Shown: positions 49,836 to 60,155 of the stretch, in pieces | How the letters are laid out: the number at the start of each line of letters is the position of its first letter | Position numbering within the stretch: position 1 is the stretch's first letter | Assembly: GCA_963701855.1 (NCBI GenBank) | Contig: CAVPBK010000006.1 | Coordinates: forward strand, 1,216,001 to 1,280,000 | Source of the DNA: Nitrospirota bacterium | Lineage (GTDB): Bacteria > Nitrospirota > Nitrospiria > Nitrospirales > Nitrospiraceae | Reading direction: 5' to 3' | Length of the DNA stretch: 64,000 nt | Made by a program: the position numbers and the translations under genes | The notes under the pieces: model-generated | The model's database searches: none | Told to the model about the DNA's origin: nothing | The model's input: the letters and a program-made list of their open reading frames with translations, nothing else

Positions 49836-50534
49836 ATGGCAATTCACGAGGCGACCGTCCTCCTCATCGAAGATGAAGCGGAGATCCGGCGATTTCTTCG
49901 GACCTCCTTACCCGCCCATGGCTACCGTCTCTATGAGGCGACCACTGGAGCGGACGGGCTTGCGCAGGCGAAGGCGAGAAATCCAGACATCATCTTGCTC
50001 GATTTGGGTCTTCCCGATGTTGATGGGACCGAGGTTATTCGGCGAGTCCGCGAGTGGTCCACTATCCCGATTCTCGTGCTGTCGGCCCGCGAACAAGAAC
50101 AGGCGAAGGTTGCCGCGCTCGACTTGGGAGCCGATGATTATGTCACCAAACCGTTCGGAGTCAACGAGCTGCTCGCGCGGATGCGTGCCGCGCTTCGGCA
50201 TATCGCCGGACCGCCGGGAGAACCGGCCGAGCCGGTGTTTACCCTCGGCGATCTGAAAGTGGATCTTGGGCGGCGACAGGTGTTTGTGTCGGCGAAAGAA
50301 ATTCACCTCACGCCGATCGAATACAAGCTGCTCACGACGCTGATCCGGTACGCCGGCAGGGTGATGACTCACCGTCAGCTTCTAAAAGAAGTGTGGGGTC
50401 CGCTGCACGTGGAGGAAGGGCATTATCTGCGAGTGTATATGCGCCAGTTGAGAAACAAGCTTGAGGAAAACCCGTCCCATCCACGTTACCTGGTCACGGA
50501 GCTGGGAGTTGGATATCGGCTCCGGACGGAATGA
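49836..50534 (+). CDS. kdpE: Response regulator KdpE
   Basis: LDLGLPD, GADDYVTKPF, HYLRVYMRQLR. Confidence 0.95.
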   Translation: MAIHEATVLLIEDEAEIRRFLRTSLPAHGYRLYEATTGADGLAQAKARNPDIILLDLGLPDVDGTEVIRRVREWSTIPILVLSAREQEQAKVAALDLGADDYVTKPFGVNELLARMRAALRHIAGPPGEPAEPVFTLGDLKVDLGRRQVFVSAKEIHLTPIEYKLLTTLIRYAGRVMTHRQLLKEVWGPLHVEEGHYLRVYMRQLRNKLEENPSHPRYLVTELGVGYRLRTE

Positions 50535-50622
50535 CCCACCGTCATTTTCTTTCTACGATTTCTTACATCAGCGGTGAGGAAGAGCAAGAGCAAGAGCGTG
50601 ATCACCATGGAGGAGCGGAGAT

Positions 50623-51552
50623 TTATGCCGGTGATGCACTCACATGGACTTTGCAGAGGTCTTCAAGCGCCAGTATCAGCGCGTGGGTTCCGCTACGGCC
50701 ATGCCCGAGCGTTTGGACGGTCTGGTAGAGCTGGTGCACCAACGTGAGTCCGGGAAGTACGAGGCCCATACGTTTCGATTCCTCCAGCGCGAGCCCCATG
50801 TCCTTGATGAAATGCTCGACAAAAAATCCTGGGTCGAAGTTGCGCTGTAGAATTTTCGGCGCCAGATTGTCTAACGTCCAACAGGCGGCTGCGCCGCCCC
50901 GGATCGATTCGAGCATGCGGGTCAGATCGAGGCCCGCTTTATAGCCATAGAGCAAACTCTCGCAGACGCCGACCATCGTGCCGGCAATCACGATCTGGTT
51001 GCAAAGCTTTGCCTGTTGCCCAGTTCCTGGCCCTCCCTGATGCACGATCTTTTTCCCCAATAGTTCGAACAGCGGCAGTACGGCTTGAACGGATGTCCTG
51101 TCGCCGCCGATCATGATCGAGAGCGATGCATGCTTCGCGCCGACGTCGCCACCAGAGACAGGTGCATCGATAGCCGATAGATCTTTCGCTGAGGCAGCTG
51201 CTGCAATTTCACGGCTCAATGAGGGTTGTGTCGTCGTCATGTCGATGAGGGTCATCCCAGATCGCGCGCCGGCCAGGACTCCAGTCTTGTCGAAATAAAC
51301 GGTGCGCACGTCCTGGGGAAAACCGACCATTGTGAAAAGGACATCAGATTTGGCCGCTGCAGCCCGCGGACTCTCGGCCCATTGCGCGCCGCGATCGAGC
51401 AATGGTTGCGCCTTCGACTGCGTGCGGCTATGGATGGTCACGCGATAGCCGGCTGTGAGCAGATGGCCACACATCGATGAGCCCATCACGCCGGTACCGA
51501 TCCAGCCGATTGTCCTGTTCTCCGGTACGACCCTGCCTAGAAAGTCTGTCAT
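50623..51552 (-). CDS. Beta-hydroxyacid dehydrogenase family (GarR/MmsB-like)
   Basis: [27 protein letters not shown]. Confidence 0.92.
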   Translation of the reverse strand: MTDFLGRVVPENRTIGWIGTGVMGSSMCGHLLTAGYRVTIHSRTQSKAQPLLDRGAQWAESPRAAAAKSDVLFTMVGFPQDVRTVYFDKTGVLAGARSGMTLIDMTTTQPSLSREIAAAASAKDLSAIDAPVSGGDVGAKHASLSIMIGGDRTSVQAVLPLFELLGKKIVHQGGPGTGQQAKLCNQIVIAGTMVGVCESLLYGYKAGLDLTRMLESIRGGAAACWTLDNLAPKILQRNFDPGFFVEHFIKDMGLALEESKRMGLVLPGLTLVHQLYQTVQTLGHGRSGTHALILALEDLCKVHVSASPA

Positions 51553-51766
51553 TAGCCCACATTATTCATGACGGTTCGTCGCAAAATCGCTGAGCCGCAT
51601 CGCGAGACCAGCGCACGGAGGCCAGGGGACTGGCTCCGCCAGTTTGCGGCGGTTGCCTGTCCCCAACAGTACGTTGAAGGTTCGAGGGGCGAGCCCGCTG
51701 GCCGTAGGCTCGTCGTAGCAGCGGATCGGTGATTGTAGCAGAAGCGTTCATGAGTAATGTGGGTTA
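51553..51766 (+). mobile_element. MITE-like element, family B
   Basis: TAGCCCACATTATTCATGA / TCATGAGTAATGTGGGTTA; fills the whole intergenic gap. Confidence 0.8.
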
Positions 51767-52255
51767 GGGCTTCGTCTCATCGAGCAGCGGGGTAATTCGA
51801 TCCGCCACCGCTTGAATGACGCTTTCTTTATCTCTCGCCACCTTCACCCCTTGAAAACTCAAATAGTAGCCCCCGTGACTCGGCGACTGGATCGTGGCAG
51901 TAAGTTCAATTCGTTGCCCGTCTTCAACATCGGGGTCTTTGACGGTTGGGATTCCGCAACGTCCGTAGACGGCGACGTTGATCGAGGATGTTTCGTCTTC
52001 CAGGTAGAACAAGTAGGCGCCGTAGCACATCGTGCCGGCCTGGAGCTTGTAGGGATCGAGCGGCGTCACATTGCGAACCGTGCCCTGCAACGTGACCTGT
52101 TTCAAATGAAACGACTTTGGCTCGTCAACGATCTCGCGAATGGTGATAGGCTCAGCGGCTGAGGCACAGGAAGAGCCGGCCATAGACCACCCAAGCCAGA
52201 GGACGGAGAGGAGACTGACCAATGTTTGTGCACGAGAAGTGCTGCGGTGTGTCAC
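51764..52255 (-). CDS. Exported OB-fold-like protein
   Basis: Signal peptide, VTLQGTV, LEDETSSI. Confidence 0.7.
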   Translation of the reverse strand: MTHRSTSRAQTLVSLLSVLWLGWSMAGSSCASAAEPITIREIVDEPKSFHLKQVTLQGTVRNVTPLDPYKLQAGTMCYGAYLFYLEDETSSINVAVYGRCGIPTVKDPDVEDGQRIELTATIQSPSHGGYYLSFQGVKVARDKESVIQAVADRITPLLDETKP

Positions 52256-52346
52256 GGTTCTATTTTACAGAAGGTCGTAGTAGAAGTCCCTTCCGCCCTC
52301 TCGACGAACTCGTTATAATCCGCCGACCTTTTCTGGAGAATTACTA

Positions 52347-53714
52347 ATGATCGATCACACACGCCTCGAACGCTATATCACAGATACCCGTCCACGATTT
52401 GAAGATCTGCTGGGCCAGATGGTGGAGATCCCTTCGATCAGCATGGACCCGGCCAAGTCTCTCGACATCCGGCGGATGGCGGACTTCGCTCGGCAGGTCC
52501 TCACGGATTTGGGGGCTGAGGTCCAGATCGTAGAGACAGGCGGTTACCCGATCGTGTCGGGAGGCTGGACGACTGGAGCCCATCATCCGACGGTCACTAT
52601 CTATAACCATATGGATGTGCAACCGGCGCAGGAGCCGGAATGGAAACAGGCGCCCTTTGCGTTCAAGAACGAGAACGGGATGTATCATGGCCGTGGTGCG
52701 ACGGATGACAAGGGTCCGGCGCTCTCGGCCCTGTTCGGCGCAAGGTACGCGATCGAGCAAGGAGTCCCGATCAACGTCCGATTTCTCTGGGAGCTGGAAG
52801 AAGAAATCGGCAGTCCGCATTTTGCCGGTGGGCTGAAAAATCGAGCGGCTATTCCTCGACCGGATTCAGTCGTGGTGTCGGACACCATCTGGCTCGCCAA
52901 GGGAAAGCCTGCCATGCCCTACGGTCTGCGCGGTCTGCTGGGCGCGCGACTCATGCTTCGCACCGGAACGAAGGATGCCCATTCCGGCGTGACCGGTGGC
53001 GCCGCGCGTAATCCGCTCGCGGAACTGATGGAAGTGGCGCAAGCCTGCGTCGATGCCAAGACCGGCAAGGTGAAGATCCCCGGGTTCTATCAGGATGTGG
53101 TCGATCCGACTAAAGCGGAGATCAAGAGCTTTCTCGCGTCAGGTTTCCAGGTCAAGAGCTTCAAGCAGGCCTATGGATTTCAGACACTCCGCACGAACGA
53201 TCCCGCCGAGATCATGCGCCGGATTTGGGCTGCGCCGACGTTTGAGGTGCACGGCCTGACCGGCGGCTATCATGGGCCAGGGGTGAAGACGATCGTGCCG
53301 GGCCATGGCGAACTCAAAGTGAGTATGCGATTGGTGCCGAATCAAACTCCAGAAAAGGTCTTTGCGTTACTCAAGAAACATGTCGCCAAGCTGAATCCGA
53401 ACGTGAAGGTGGAGCGGGAAGGGATGCTGCATCCGTTCAAGGGCAGTTTCGACGGGCCTTATGTCGATTGTGTGAAGCGGGCGGTGAAGGCTGGGTTTGG
53501 GAAAGAACCGGCCTTCGTCCGCGAAGGAGGATCGATCGGCGCAGTGGTCACGATGCAGAAAGCCTGGAAGGTGCCGATCCTGTTTATGGGATTGAGTCTG
53601 CCTGAGCATGGGTACCATGCGCCGAATGAATACTTCGACTGGGGCCAAGCCTCCGGCGGGATGAAGGCGTTTGCGCATTACTTTGAGGAGCTGGCGAAGA
53701 TGGGAAAGAAATAG
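52347..53714 (+). CDS. M20-family dipeptidase
   Basis: YNHMDVQP, GRGATDDKG, EEEIGS, HSG, HAPNE; TATAAT at 52314. Confidence 0.93.
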   Translation: MIDHTRLERYITDTRPRFEDLLGQMVEIPSISMDPAKSLDIRRMADFARQVLTDLGAEVQIVETGGYPIVSGGWTTGAHHPTVTIYNHMDVQPAQEPEWKQAPFAFKNENGMYHGRGATDDKGPALSALFGARYAIEQGVPINVRFLWELEEEIGSPHFAGGLKNRAAIPRPDSVVVSDTIWLAKGKPAMPYGLRGLLGARLMLRTGTKDAHSGVTGGAARNPLAELMEVAQACVDAKTGKVKIPGFYQDVVDPTKAEIKSFLASGFQVKSFKQAYGFQTLRTNDPAEIMRRIWAAPTFEVHGLTGGYHGPGVKTIVPGHGELKVSMRLVPNQTPEKVFALLKKHVAKLNPNVKVEREGMLHPFKGSFDGPYVDCVKRAVKAGFGKEPAFVREGGSIGAVVTMQKAWKVPILFMGLSLPEHGYHAPNEYFDWGQASGGMKAFAHYFEELAKMGKK

Positions 53715-54105
53715 GGCAGCCTGGTCGTCCTCCTGCTCGCGGAACAGAGGAGGGGATGGAGCCTGATGATCTTCTGTGCTCGCGCAACGCGCGGCCTCAG
53801 AAGGATGGGAGGAGCGGCCAGGTGCCCTTCTTGCTCGCAGAACGCGCACGGTGAAACCGTGCTCGTTCGATGCGCGCAGTAAAGGGCAGCCTTGGCCACT
53901 CCTCTAAATGTGAGGTATGTAGCGAATTGGAAGGCCCTCGCCCGGGCTAATGGCACGTCTCGGCGTGCCAGTGGGTGGGCGGGTGAGAAAGCGCGCGCAG
54001 TGGAAGATCAATCAGCCCCCATCCCTGAAGATATAACAAGCAAGCTTGGAGGGAGCATTTATTTCGCTCGATGCGCGGAGTGAAGGCCAGCCCTGGCCAC
54101 TCCTT
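53715..54105. repeat. Composite intergenic repeat; ~300 bp inverted copy at 57660-57954
   Basis: CCAGGTGCCCTTCTTGCTCGCAGAACGCGCACGGTGAAA... also inside 59749-60112. Confidence 0.85.
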
Positions 54106-54143
54106 ACCAAGAGAAGGTTGAAATGTACGTGCGCAGATGGAGA

Positions 54144-54401
54144 TCAACGAAGTCGCCCAAATATGGCCTGCTCTCGTTCTCGATCCTTCTTACGCTCGAT
54201 CAGCAATTCTGCAGTCGCTGATGTTGTGTCCTTGAGCATGCCACACATACTTCGAACGTACTCCTTCGTGACTGGCTGAAAGAGGATGTCACTCCCATGC
54301 TCGATGAAGCACACCTTCGTGCCTGGCTTGATGCCAAGTTTTCGACGAAGCCGAGCTGGAATGACAATCCGACCCCTCGTTGTTACATAGACAGAATCCA
54401 T
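54144..54401 (-). CDS. AbrB/MazE/SpoVT-family antitoxin-like protein
   Basis: VTTRGRIVIPARLRRKLGIKPG; GGAGGAG RBS. Confidence 0.85.
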   Translation of the reverse strand: MDSVYVTTRGRIVIPARLRRKLGIKPGTKVCFIEHGSDILFQPVTKEYVRSMCGMLKDTTSATAELLIERKKDREREQAIFGRLR

Positions 54402-54557
54402 AACTCCTCCGTGCTGAAAAACGTTTCCGATAGTCATGACATTCCTGAATCCAAGGTCTTGTCTGTTGCCGATCAGATAAAGTGATCCCCGATACGACAC
54501 GAATGGAAATCCCATGCGGACAATGCAGCATCTTGCCGTGCGGGAGTCTATAGAGAC

Positions 54558-54578
54558 GGTGCCGGAGGCGGGATTTGA
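54558..54578 (-). other. tRNA 3'-end fragment (att-like scar)
   Basis: Minus strand TCAAATCCCGCCTCCGGCACC = T-loop end plus acceptor arm; no 5' half. Confidence 0.55.
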
Positions 54579-54794
54579 TTCGGAGCCATTTCAGCACCCT
54601 CAACACTGACGGGAGTTTCACGGACATTGACTCAGGAGATCAACGACCTGCAACTCGAAAAGCAGTGAGATTGAGTGAGATGGAATGAGCGGAGAATCGC
54701 TCTGCGATACGACCGTGTTGCGACCTCAACGCTTGATCGAATGGGGGTGCATAGACTTCGTGTCGTTTCTTGTTCGTCCACCTCATTGTCTGTT

Positions 54795-54852
54795 CAGTAA
54801 CGCCCCAGCTCAGCCGAGCGGGTAGTGCGCCGTCTGGAGCCGATTGTTATGC
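54795..54852 (-). other. Integron attC site (58 bp)
   Basis: GCATAAC-AATCGGCTCCAG ... GCTGAGCTGGGGC-GTTACTG, 2 nt after the upstream stop. Confidence 0.75.
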
Positions 54853-54854
54853 GA

Positions 54855-55670
54855 TTAAGTGTCGTCATCTGGATCGAATAATTCGATATGTTGGCGGTTA
54901 AGGATATTAAAGCGGCTAAAAAGTTTTCTGTACTCTTCACTTTCAGAAAGCCAGTCATAAAATTCATCTTTTGCAATATCAGCTAATTCTCGTCTGCTTC
55001 GCCTCAGACTTATTCCATTATTACAAATTTGGGCAACACACCAAGGATGGTTGACTGCTTTTATAGATACACCTTTTAAGCTCAACGGCTGTGTAATGAC
55101 AATGTCATAGATAGCCCCAGGCTTCATCTCTAAATCGTCCCCATTCACATCCTGAAAGTACGTTGCAGGATTGATGTTACGCCACAGCTGTTTGCCAAAA
55201 CTGTACACGGGGATTCTCGCTTCATACTGAACAAAGAAATGTCTGTGGCGATCGTTGCCTTGGCGTCTGAAAACCATAAAATGTCGGTCGTTTAGTGCAC
55301 GTAGCGGAAATTCTAGTACGAACGGGCCGTAATAGTTCCCTTTACTAAAATAGTTCAGTCCTACCCATGTCCCAGGTGCCGACCATTCTCCGTGTTTGGG
55401 TAATCTCAACGACCACTTGCTTCGAAGCCCAAGCTCGTTGTTCTTGAGAATACTTCTAAGTCCGTCGTCATGGCATGCATGATAAAGCACGCCACCAAGC
55501 TGGGCGGTGAGTTTTCTGGTCCACTTGAAATAACCTCGGAAATCACCTTGTTCAAATGGTCGCTTATAGTCAGGTTCGGTCAACGGTTCTTTTACTCCGG
55601 GTTCGTATAACAACTTGGCGATGAGCCGCTGCATTCTTTGGAGTCGGTCTCCATCCCCGCTTAGGTACAA
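54855..55670 (-). CDS. AT-rich cassette-borne hypothetical protein, possible ADP-ribosyltransferase-like fold
   Basis: LYHAC..LRSILKNNELGL and NYYGPFVLEF; attC downstream. Confidence 0.65.
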   Translation of the reverse strand: MYLSGDGDRLQRMQRLIAKLLYEPGVKEPLTEPDYKRPFEQGDFRGYFKWTRKLTAQLGGVLYHACHDDGLRSILKNNELGLRSKWSLRLPKHGEWSAPGTWVGLNYFSKGNYYGPFVLEFPLRALNDRHFMVFRRQGNDRHRHFFVQYEARIPVYSFGKQLWRNINPATYFQDVNGDDLEMKPGAIYDIVITQPLSLKGVSIKAVNHPWCVAQICNNGISLRRSRRELADIAKDEFYDWLSESEEYRKLFSRFNILNRQHIELFDPDDDT

Positions 55671-55700
55671 CCGATCACTACATGACGCGGCGGATCCTCC

Positions 55701-56498
55701 TCAGCAGCCCTTGAACTGCTGTGCCTGACACTGTTGCGAGAGTTGTTGGCCTTTTGCAATCTGCGTGTCAGTCATACGACGTGCGACACTTTCGCGATTG
55801 TCTGCTGACCACTTCTCTAAGTCACCCGTCGAGTGGATTGCTGCGAGGTTGTACCACATATATGCCCGCACATAGTCCTTTGGGATGCCGAGTCCCGCGT
55901 AATACAGTTCCCCGAGGTTGTTTTGCGCGTGCGCGTTACCCTGCGCCGCGGCTTTCTCGTACCACTGTCGCGCCTTCGCATAATCCTGCGGCACGCCCTG
56001 TCCCTTCTCATGCAGTACCCCAAGGTTGTACTGCGCCATCGCGTAGCCCTGGGCGGCGGCTTTCTCGTACCACTGTCGCGCCTTCGCATAATCCTTCGGC
56101 ACGCCCAGTCCCTGGTAATACAGCACCCCGAGGTTGTATTGCGCCATCGCGTATCCCTGGGCTGCCGCTTGTTCAAACCATTGCCGCGCCTTCGCATAAT
56201 CTTGCGGTACGCCGTGCCCAAAGGCATACGGCACCCCGAGATTGTACTGCGCCTCCGCGTGACCCTGGATTGCCGCTTTCTCAAACCACTGCCGCGCCTT
56301 CGCGTAATCTTGTGGCACGCCCCGTCCCTGGGCATACATCTGCCCGAGGGCGTTCTGCGCATCCGCGCTGCCTTGTGTTGCCTGTGTTTGCAGCGTTTGC
56401 AGTTCTTCTGCCGAAATGTCGATCGGTGGGGAAGCTAACGCATGCCCAGAGAGGAGGACGAGTGCGGTGAGGAGAATTATGACGAATAGGGCGCGCAT
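55701..56498 (-). CDS. Sel1-repeat exported protein
   Basis: Five 36-aa AQYNLG..GVPQDYAKARQW repeats (108-bp DNA repeats). Confidence 0.92.
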   Translation of the reverse strand: MRALFVIILLTALVLLSGHALASPPIDISAEELQTLQTQATQGSADAQNALGQMYAQGRGVPQDYAKARQWFEKAAIQGHAEAQYNLGVPYAFGHGVPQDYAKARQWFEQAAAQGYAMAQYNLGVLYYQGLGVPKDYAKARQWYEKAAAQGYAMAQYNLGVLHEKGQGVPQDYAKARQWYEKAAAQGNAHAQNNLGELYYAGLGIPKDYVRAYMWYNLAAIHSTGDLEKWSADNRESVARRMTDTQIAKGQQLSQQCQAQQFKGC

Positions 56499-56691
56499 GG
56501 GAGCGCAGTATGGCGCGGAGCCCTGGGGCGGTCAAGGTGGAGGGGGAGCACTGTTGCATAGGCACTAAACAGGCAGACTCCGACGTTGCTGTAGAGTTCG
56601 TGTGAGTCGTGCCTTGCCCCGCCAGTGTAAATTTGCAGTAACATCAACTTGTTGTAAGGTGTACGACTGAGCTACTGGCTCACGACTTATA

Positions 56692-57388
56692 TCATGGAAT
56701 GTCGAACTGCCAGCGCCCGCGCCGTTCAGGAAGTGCGAGCGCCGCGGTACAGGTGATCGAGAAAGTCTCGGCGGGGGATTTCTTCGGCTCCGAAGCGCGT
56801 CACATGCGGCGAGGATTGTTGGCAGTCCATGAGGCGAAATCCCCAGGTCTGGAGTTGGCGCACAAGCGAGACCAACGCGACTTTCGAGGCATCGGATGCA
56901 CGGGTGAACATCGACTCTGCGAAAAAGGCGCCGCCGAGCGCCACGCCATAGAGTCCGCCAACCAACTGTCCTTCCTGCCAGGTTTCAACGGAATGGGCGT
57001 AGCCTTGTTCGTGTAAGCGCGTGTAGGCTTCGAGCATCTCCGCCGTGATCCAGGTACCGCCGTCTGGATATTGCGGTCTTGGTCCTGCGCAATGCTGCAT
57101 CACGTCGCGAAAGCACCGGTCGAGCGTGACGCTGAATAGGCCGGGACGAAGGCTTCTCTTCAGGCTGCGCGAGATATGGAGTTTGTCTGGAAAGAGGACT
57201 GTCCGTGGATCGGGCGACCACCACAAGATGGGCTGATCGTCGCTGTACCAGGGAAAGATGCCATGTCGGTAGGCTTCGAGCAATCGTTCTGGTCTCAGGT
57301 CGCCTCCGACAGCAAGCAGGCCTTCAGGCGATGCCGAATCGACAGGAGGGAAACGCAGATCGGACGGGTTTGCGCTGAGCCTGAACAT
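56692..57388 (-). CDS. aat: Leucyl/phenylalanyl-tRNA-protein transferase, probable +1 frameshift at 56749
   Basis: [32 protein letters not shown]; removing one base gives the tail [20 protein letters not shown]. Confidence 0.92.
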
Positions 57389-57431
57389 GGACGAGCAAGG
57401 TACGCGAAGCGACGCGAAAAGGTTACGGTTT

Positions 57432-57954
57432 CTAGCAGGCTGCTGAAAAACTCAGTTCATACACAAAACGCTGATGGAATCTTCCGTGGGCGCCGATGTC
57501 AAAGTAGTCGCAGGGTGCTCAAAAAGGCTCGATTTCTCACCCGCCCAACCCTGGCGGCTACTTCACCATCCCGCCCTGAGTCTGCCAAGACAGCCTCTTC
57601 GCCCATGGGCGCGCCTTTTCCCAAGCAAGGCCGCAGCGAGTGATCAAAATAGGATCTTTCCAAGCTTGCTCGTTATCTCTCTAGGGATGGGGGCTGATTG
57701 ATCTTCCACTGCGTGCGGTTTTCTCACCCGCCCACCCACTGGCACGCCGAGACGTGCCAGTAGCCCTGGCGAGGGCCCCAATGCGCAAAACTTTCGTTCA
57801 AGGGGGCGGCCAAGGCTGCCCTTTACTGCGCGCATCGAACGAGCACCGTTTCACCGTGCGCGTTCTGCGAGCAAGAAGGGCACCTGGCCGTTCCCTTCCC
57901 ATCCTTCTGAGGCCGCGCGTTGCGCGAGCAAAGAAGATCATCAGCCTCCATCCC
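57432..57954. mobile_element. Family A composite element
   Basis: CTAGCAGGCTGCTGAAAAAC end, CAGGGTGCTCAAAAAGG, then the inverted copy of 53753-54050. Confidence 0.75.
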
Positions 57955-59673
57955 TCACCCTTTCTTTTCTTCCGCCTGAGCCAACAAAGGCTTGAAGATA
58001 GGATCTGTGTCCAGCACCGCCTTCAGCGATTCTGCCCCAACGAAGAAGTTCCAGATATCCGGCGTCTGGCCGGGAATTTCAACAAACCATCGTTTGGCTT
58101 CCGTCAATCGCTCCAAGAGTGCTCGATTGTCCCGATCCGGGGTGAACAGCAAACTGTAGGATTTGGTGTATTCGGCCATGAATTTATCGAGCGGCAGGTC
58201 AGCGAGCGTGAGCGCTTCATCGGCATCTTGATAGGCGGCCCGAATATCCGAGTCGTCGAAGATGCGGTTCCAGGCCACTTTGTTGACGCGGGACCAGGCC
58301 AGTTGGAGCAGGGCTTCGGCTCTGCCGGCTCGTTGCTCAGCCGGGATGACGTTGACTAAGGATCGGTGGGTTTCGATCGAGGCTTGTTGATCGTTATTCC
58401 AGCGCAATGCCACGCCCAATCGAAATCGGTTATCGAGTTGGTCCGGCCGTACGACGGCCAAGGTTTGCATGGCTGAGAGCATGCGGTACAGGTAGTCGGC
58501 GGTCGTCGGTTTGTCGAACCCTCCCATCTCCATTCCCAGCGACAGGTCCATGCGCACTGATTGGGAATAGATGTTCCAGAAATGCTCGTTTACCACCAAG
58601 GCAAGCGCCGGATCATTCACCGTGAGTTTGTGGAAGGGGATGGCCTCGCGCAGGACGACGGCATAGAGGTGTTGGCTCAGCACCATGAGGGCATCGACCT
58701 GATTGGGATCGATGATGAGCACGCGGTTCAACATGGCCACGCGGTCACGCAATTCAGGAAAAGTGGCGGCGCGAGCTGCCGCAGCAGTTAAGAGCCCCGG
58801 GCTGTCCGTCGGTCCCCACCAGACCAGCGAGTCGGTCAGGGCATGGCTGGTTTCCGTGACAAACGGAATCTGTTCCTGCCTGCCGCTACCGAAAATGGAG
58901 CCGCTGGTGACGGGAAGATTCACGACTGCTGTGTCGCCTGCGAATCCGTGTTTCTTGAGCCCGGAGAGGACAATCCACTGGGTGGTGATGTTTTTCAGCG
59001 CGCGTCTGGTCCGCTTAATCGTATTGGTCCACTTGACCGAACCAGCTGCGTAGGTCACTGGAGCAGTCAGGGGATCTTGGTAACTGATGGACAATTTCAC
59101 CAAGGTTGTCGGCACTGCCACGATTGGGCCATTCGGTCGAAGGCGGAACGAGGCGGAAGGGAGCGGCGTGCTTCCAACAATGTGAGTATGGAATCCGGTT
59201 CCCGGTGGTTTCAGACCCAACGAGTCGGTCACGAAGGCCGAGGCGGGGTAGCGGTTTACGTCTTCACTGAAAAAGACCAGTTCGCCATTACTCGGCCACA
59301 GGACCTCCATGCCGATGTCGGTTCTGATGAGGGTAGGGGCATGGGCCTCTCGCAGGCGCTGCCAGCAGGAGTCGTAGCCGAGGTCGGAGTCGGCCGGATA
59401 GTTTTTGATGCCATTGGGGGCTGCGGCCACGAGGGGATATTGGCAGGCGAAGTCGAGCTGGCCGACGCCCACCTTGTTTCCCGCTCCCAATGCTTTGGCG
59501 TAACGCTGAGCCGTCGCTTCAGCAGAGGTGATGGCTTGCTTCGACTTCTTCACAGCGGCAGCGGCTGATGCCGCTGAGGCTTCGATCAGGGTCGTTGCAA
59601 TAAAGATCAATAGGGTTCCGGCGAGGAACAGGGTCTTGAACCGGCACTGTTGGAGGATCTGCAGGCGCATCAT
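57955..59673 (-). CDS. Exported hypothetical protein with TPR-like C-terminal half
   Basis: Long ORF, signal peptide, helical repeats; start uncertain. Confidence 0.75.
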   Translation of the reverse strand: MMRLQILQQCRFKTLFLAGTLLIFIATTLIEASAASAAAAVKKSKQAITSAEATAQRYAKALGAGNKVGVGQLDFACQYPLVAAAPNGIKNYPADSDLGYDSCWQRLREAHAPTLIRTDIGMEVLWPSNGELVFFSEDVNRYPASAFVTDSLGLKPPGTGFHTHIVGSTPLPSASFRLRPNGPIVAVPTTLVKLSISYQDPLTAPVTYAAGSVKWTNTIKRTRRALKNITTQWIVLSGLKKHGFAGDTAVVNLPVTSGSIFGSGRQEQIPFVTETSHALTDSLVWWGPTDSPGLLTAAAARAATFPELRDRVAMLNRVLIIDPNQVDALMVLSQHLYAVVLREAIPFHKLTVNDPALALVVNEHFWNIYSQSVRMDLSLGMEMGGFDKPTTADYLYRMLSAMQTLAVVRPDQLDNRFRLGVALRWNNDQQASIETHRSLVNVIPAEQRAGRAEALLQLAWSRVNKVAWNRIFDDSDIRAAYQDADEALTLADLPLDKFMAEYTKSYSLLFTPDRDNRALLERLTEAKRWFVEIPGQTPDIWNFFVGAESLKAVLDTDPIFKPLLAQAEEKKG

Positions 59674-59748
59674 GTCGGACAGGCTCCTAATATAAGGGAC
59701 GAGAAGCAGGCGGTACTGTACCACGCTGCTTTATGGACCTGAAATAGG

Positions 59749-60112
59749 CTAACAGGATGCTGAAAAAGTCCGCCAGCAGGGGAGGGAGCGACCAGGTGCC
59801 CTTCTTGCTCGCAGAACGCGCACGGTGAAACGGTGTTCGTTCGATGCGCGCAGTAAAGGGCAGCCTTGGTCACTCCCTTTAAGAGAGATATAAGAAGTCG
59901 GAGGGTCCTGTTGGACGTGCGCAGTTGGGGACCAAGCCAGGCCACCCCATGAAAGAAGATAACGAGCGAGCTTGGAGGAATCATCTTTGGTCGCTCGCCG
60001 CGGCCTGCTGAATGGCCTTTTTGAGCACCCTGCGAGGGGTGCCCCTGTTATTCCAAACGTGCTGAAAAATAAAATTCCTGCATATCTAGAGAGTTTTTCT
60101 GCAGCCTGCTAG
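59749..60112 (+). mobile_element. Family A composite element (both TIRs present)
   Basis: CTAACAGGATGCTGAAAAAG ... GTTTTTCTGCAGCCTGCTAG. Confidence 0.8.
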
Positions 60113-60155
60113 ACGAGAGACGAATGGCGTAGGAAAAGGACGCCCTCTTTCCTGG

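Noticed and set aside
54540..54640. Intact tRNA gene
   Set aside because: Only about 21 nt of 3' end match; no cloverleaf.
55830..56360. 108-bp tandem repeats as a non-coding array
   Set aside because: Fully explained by coding Sel1 repeats.
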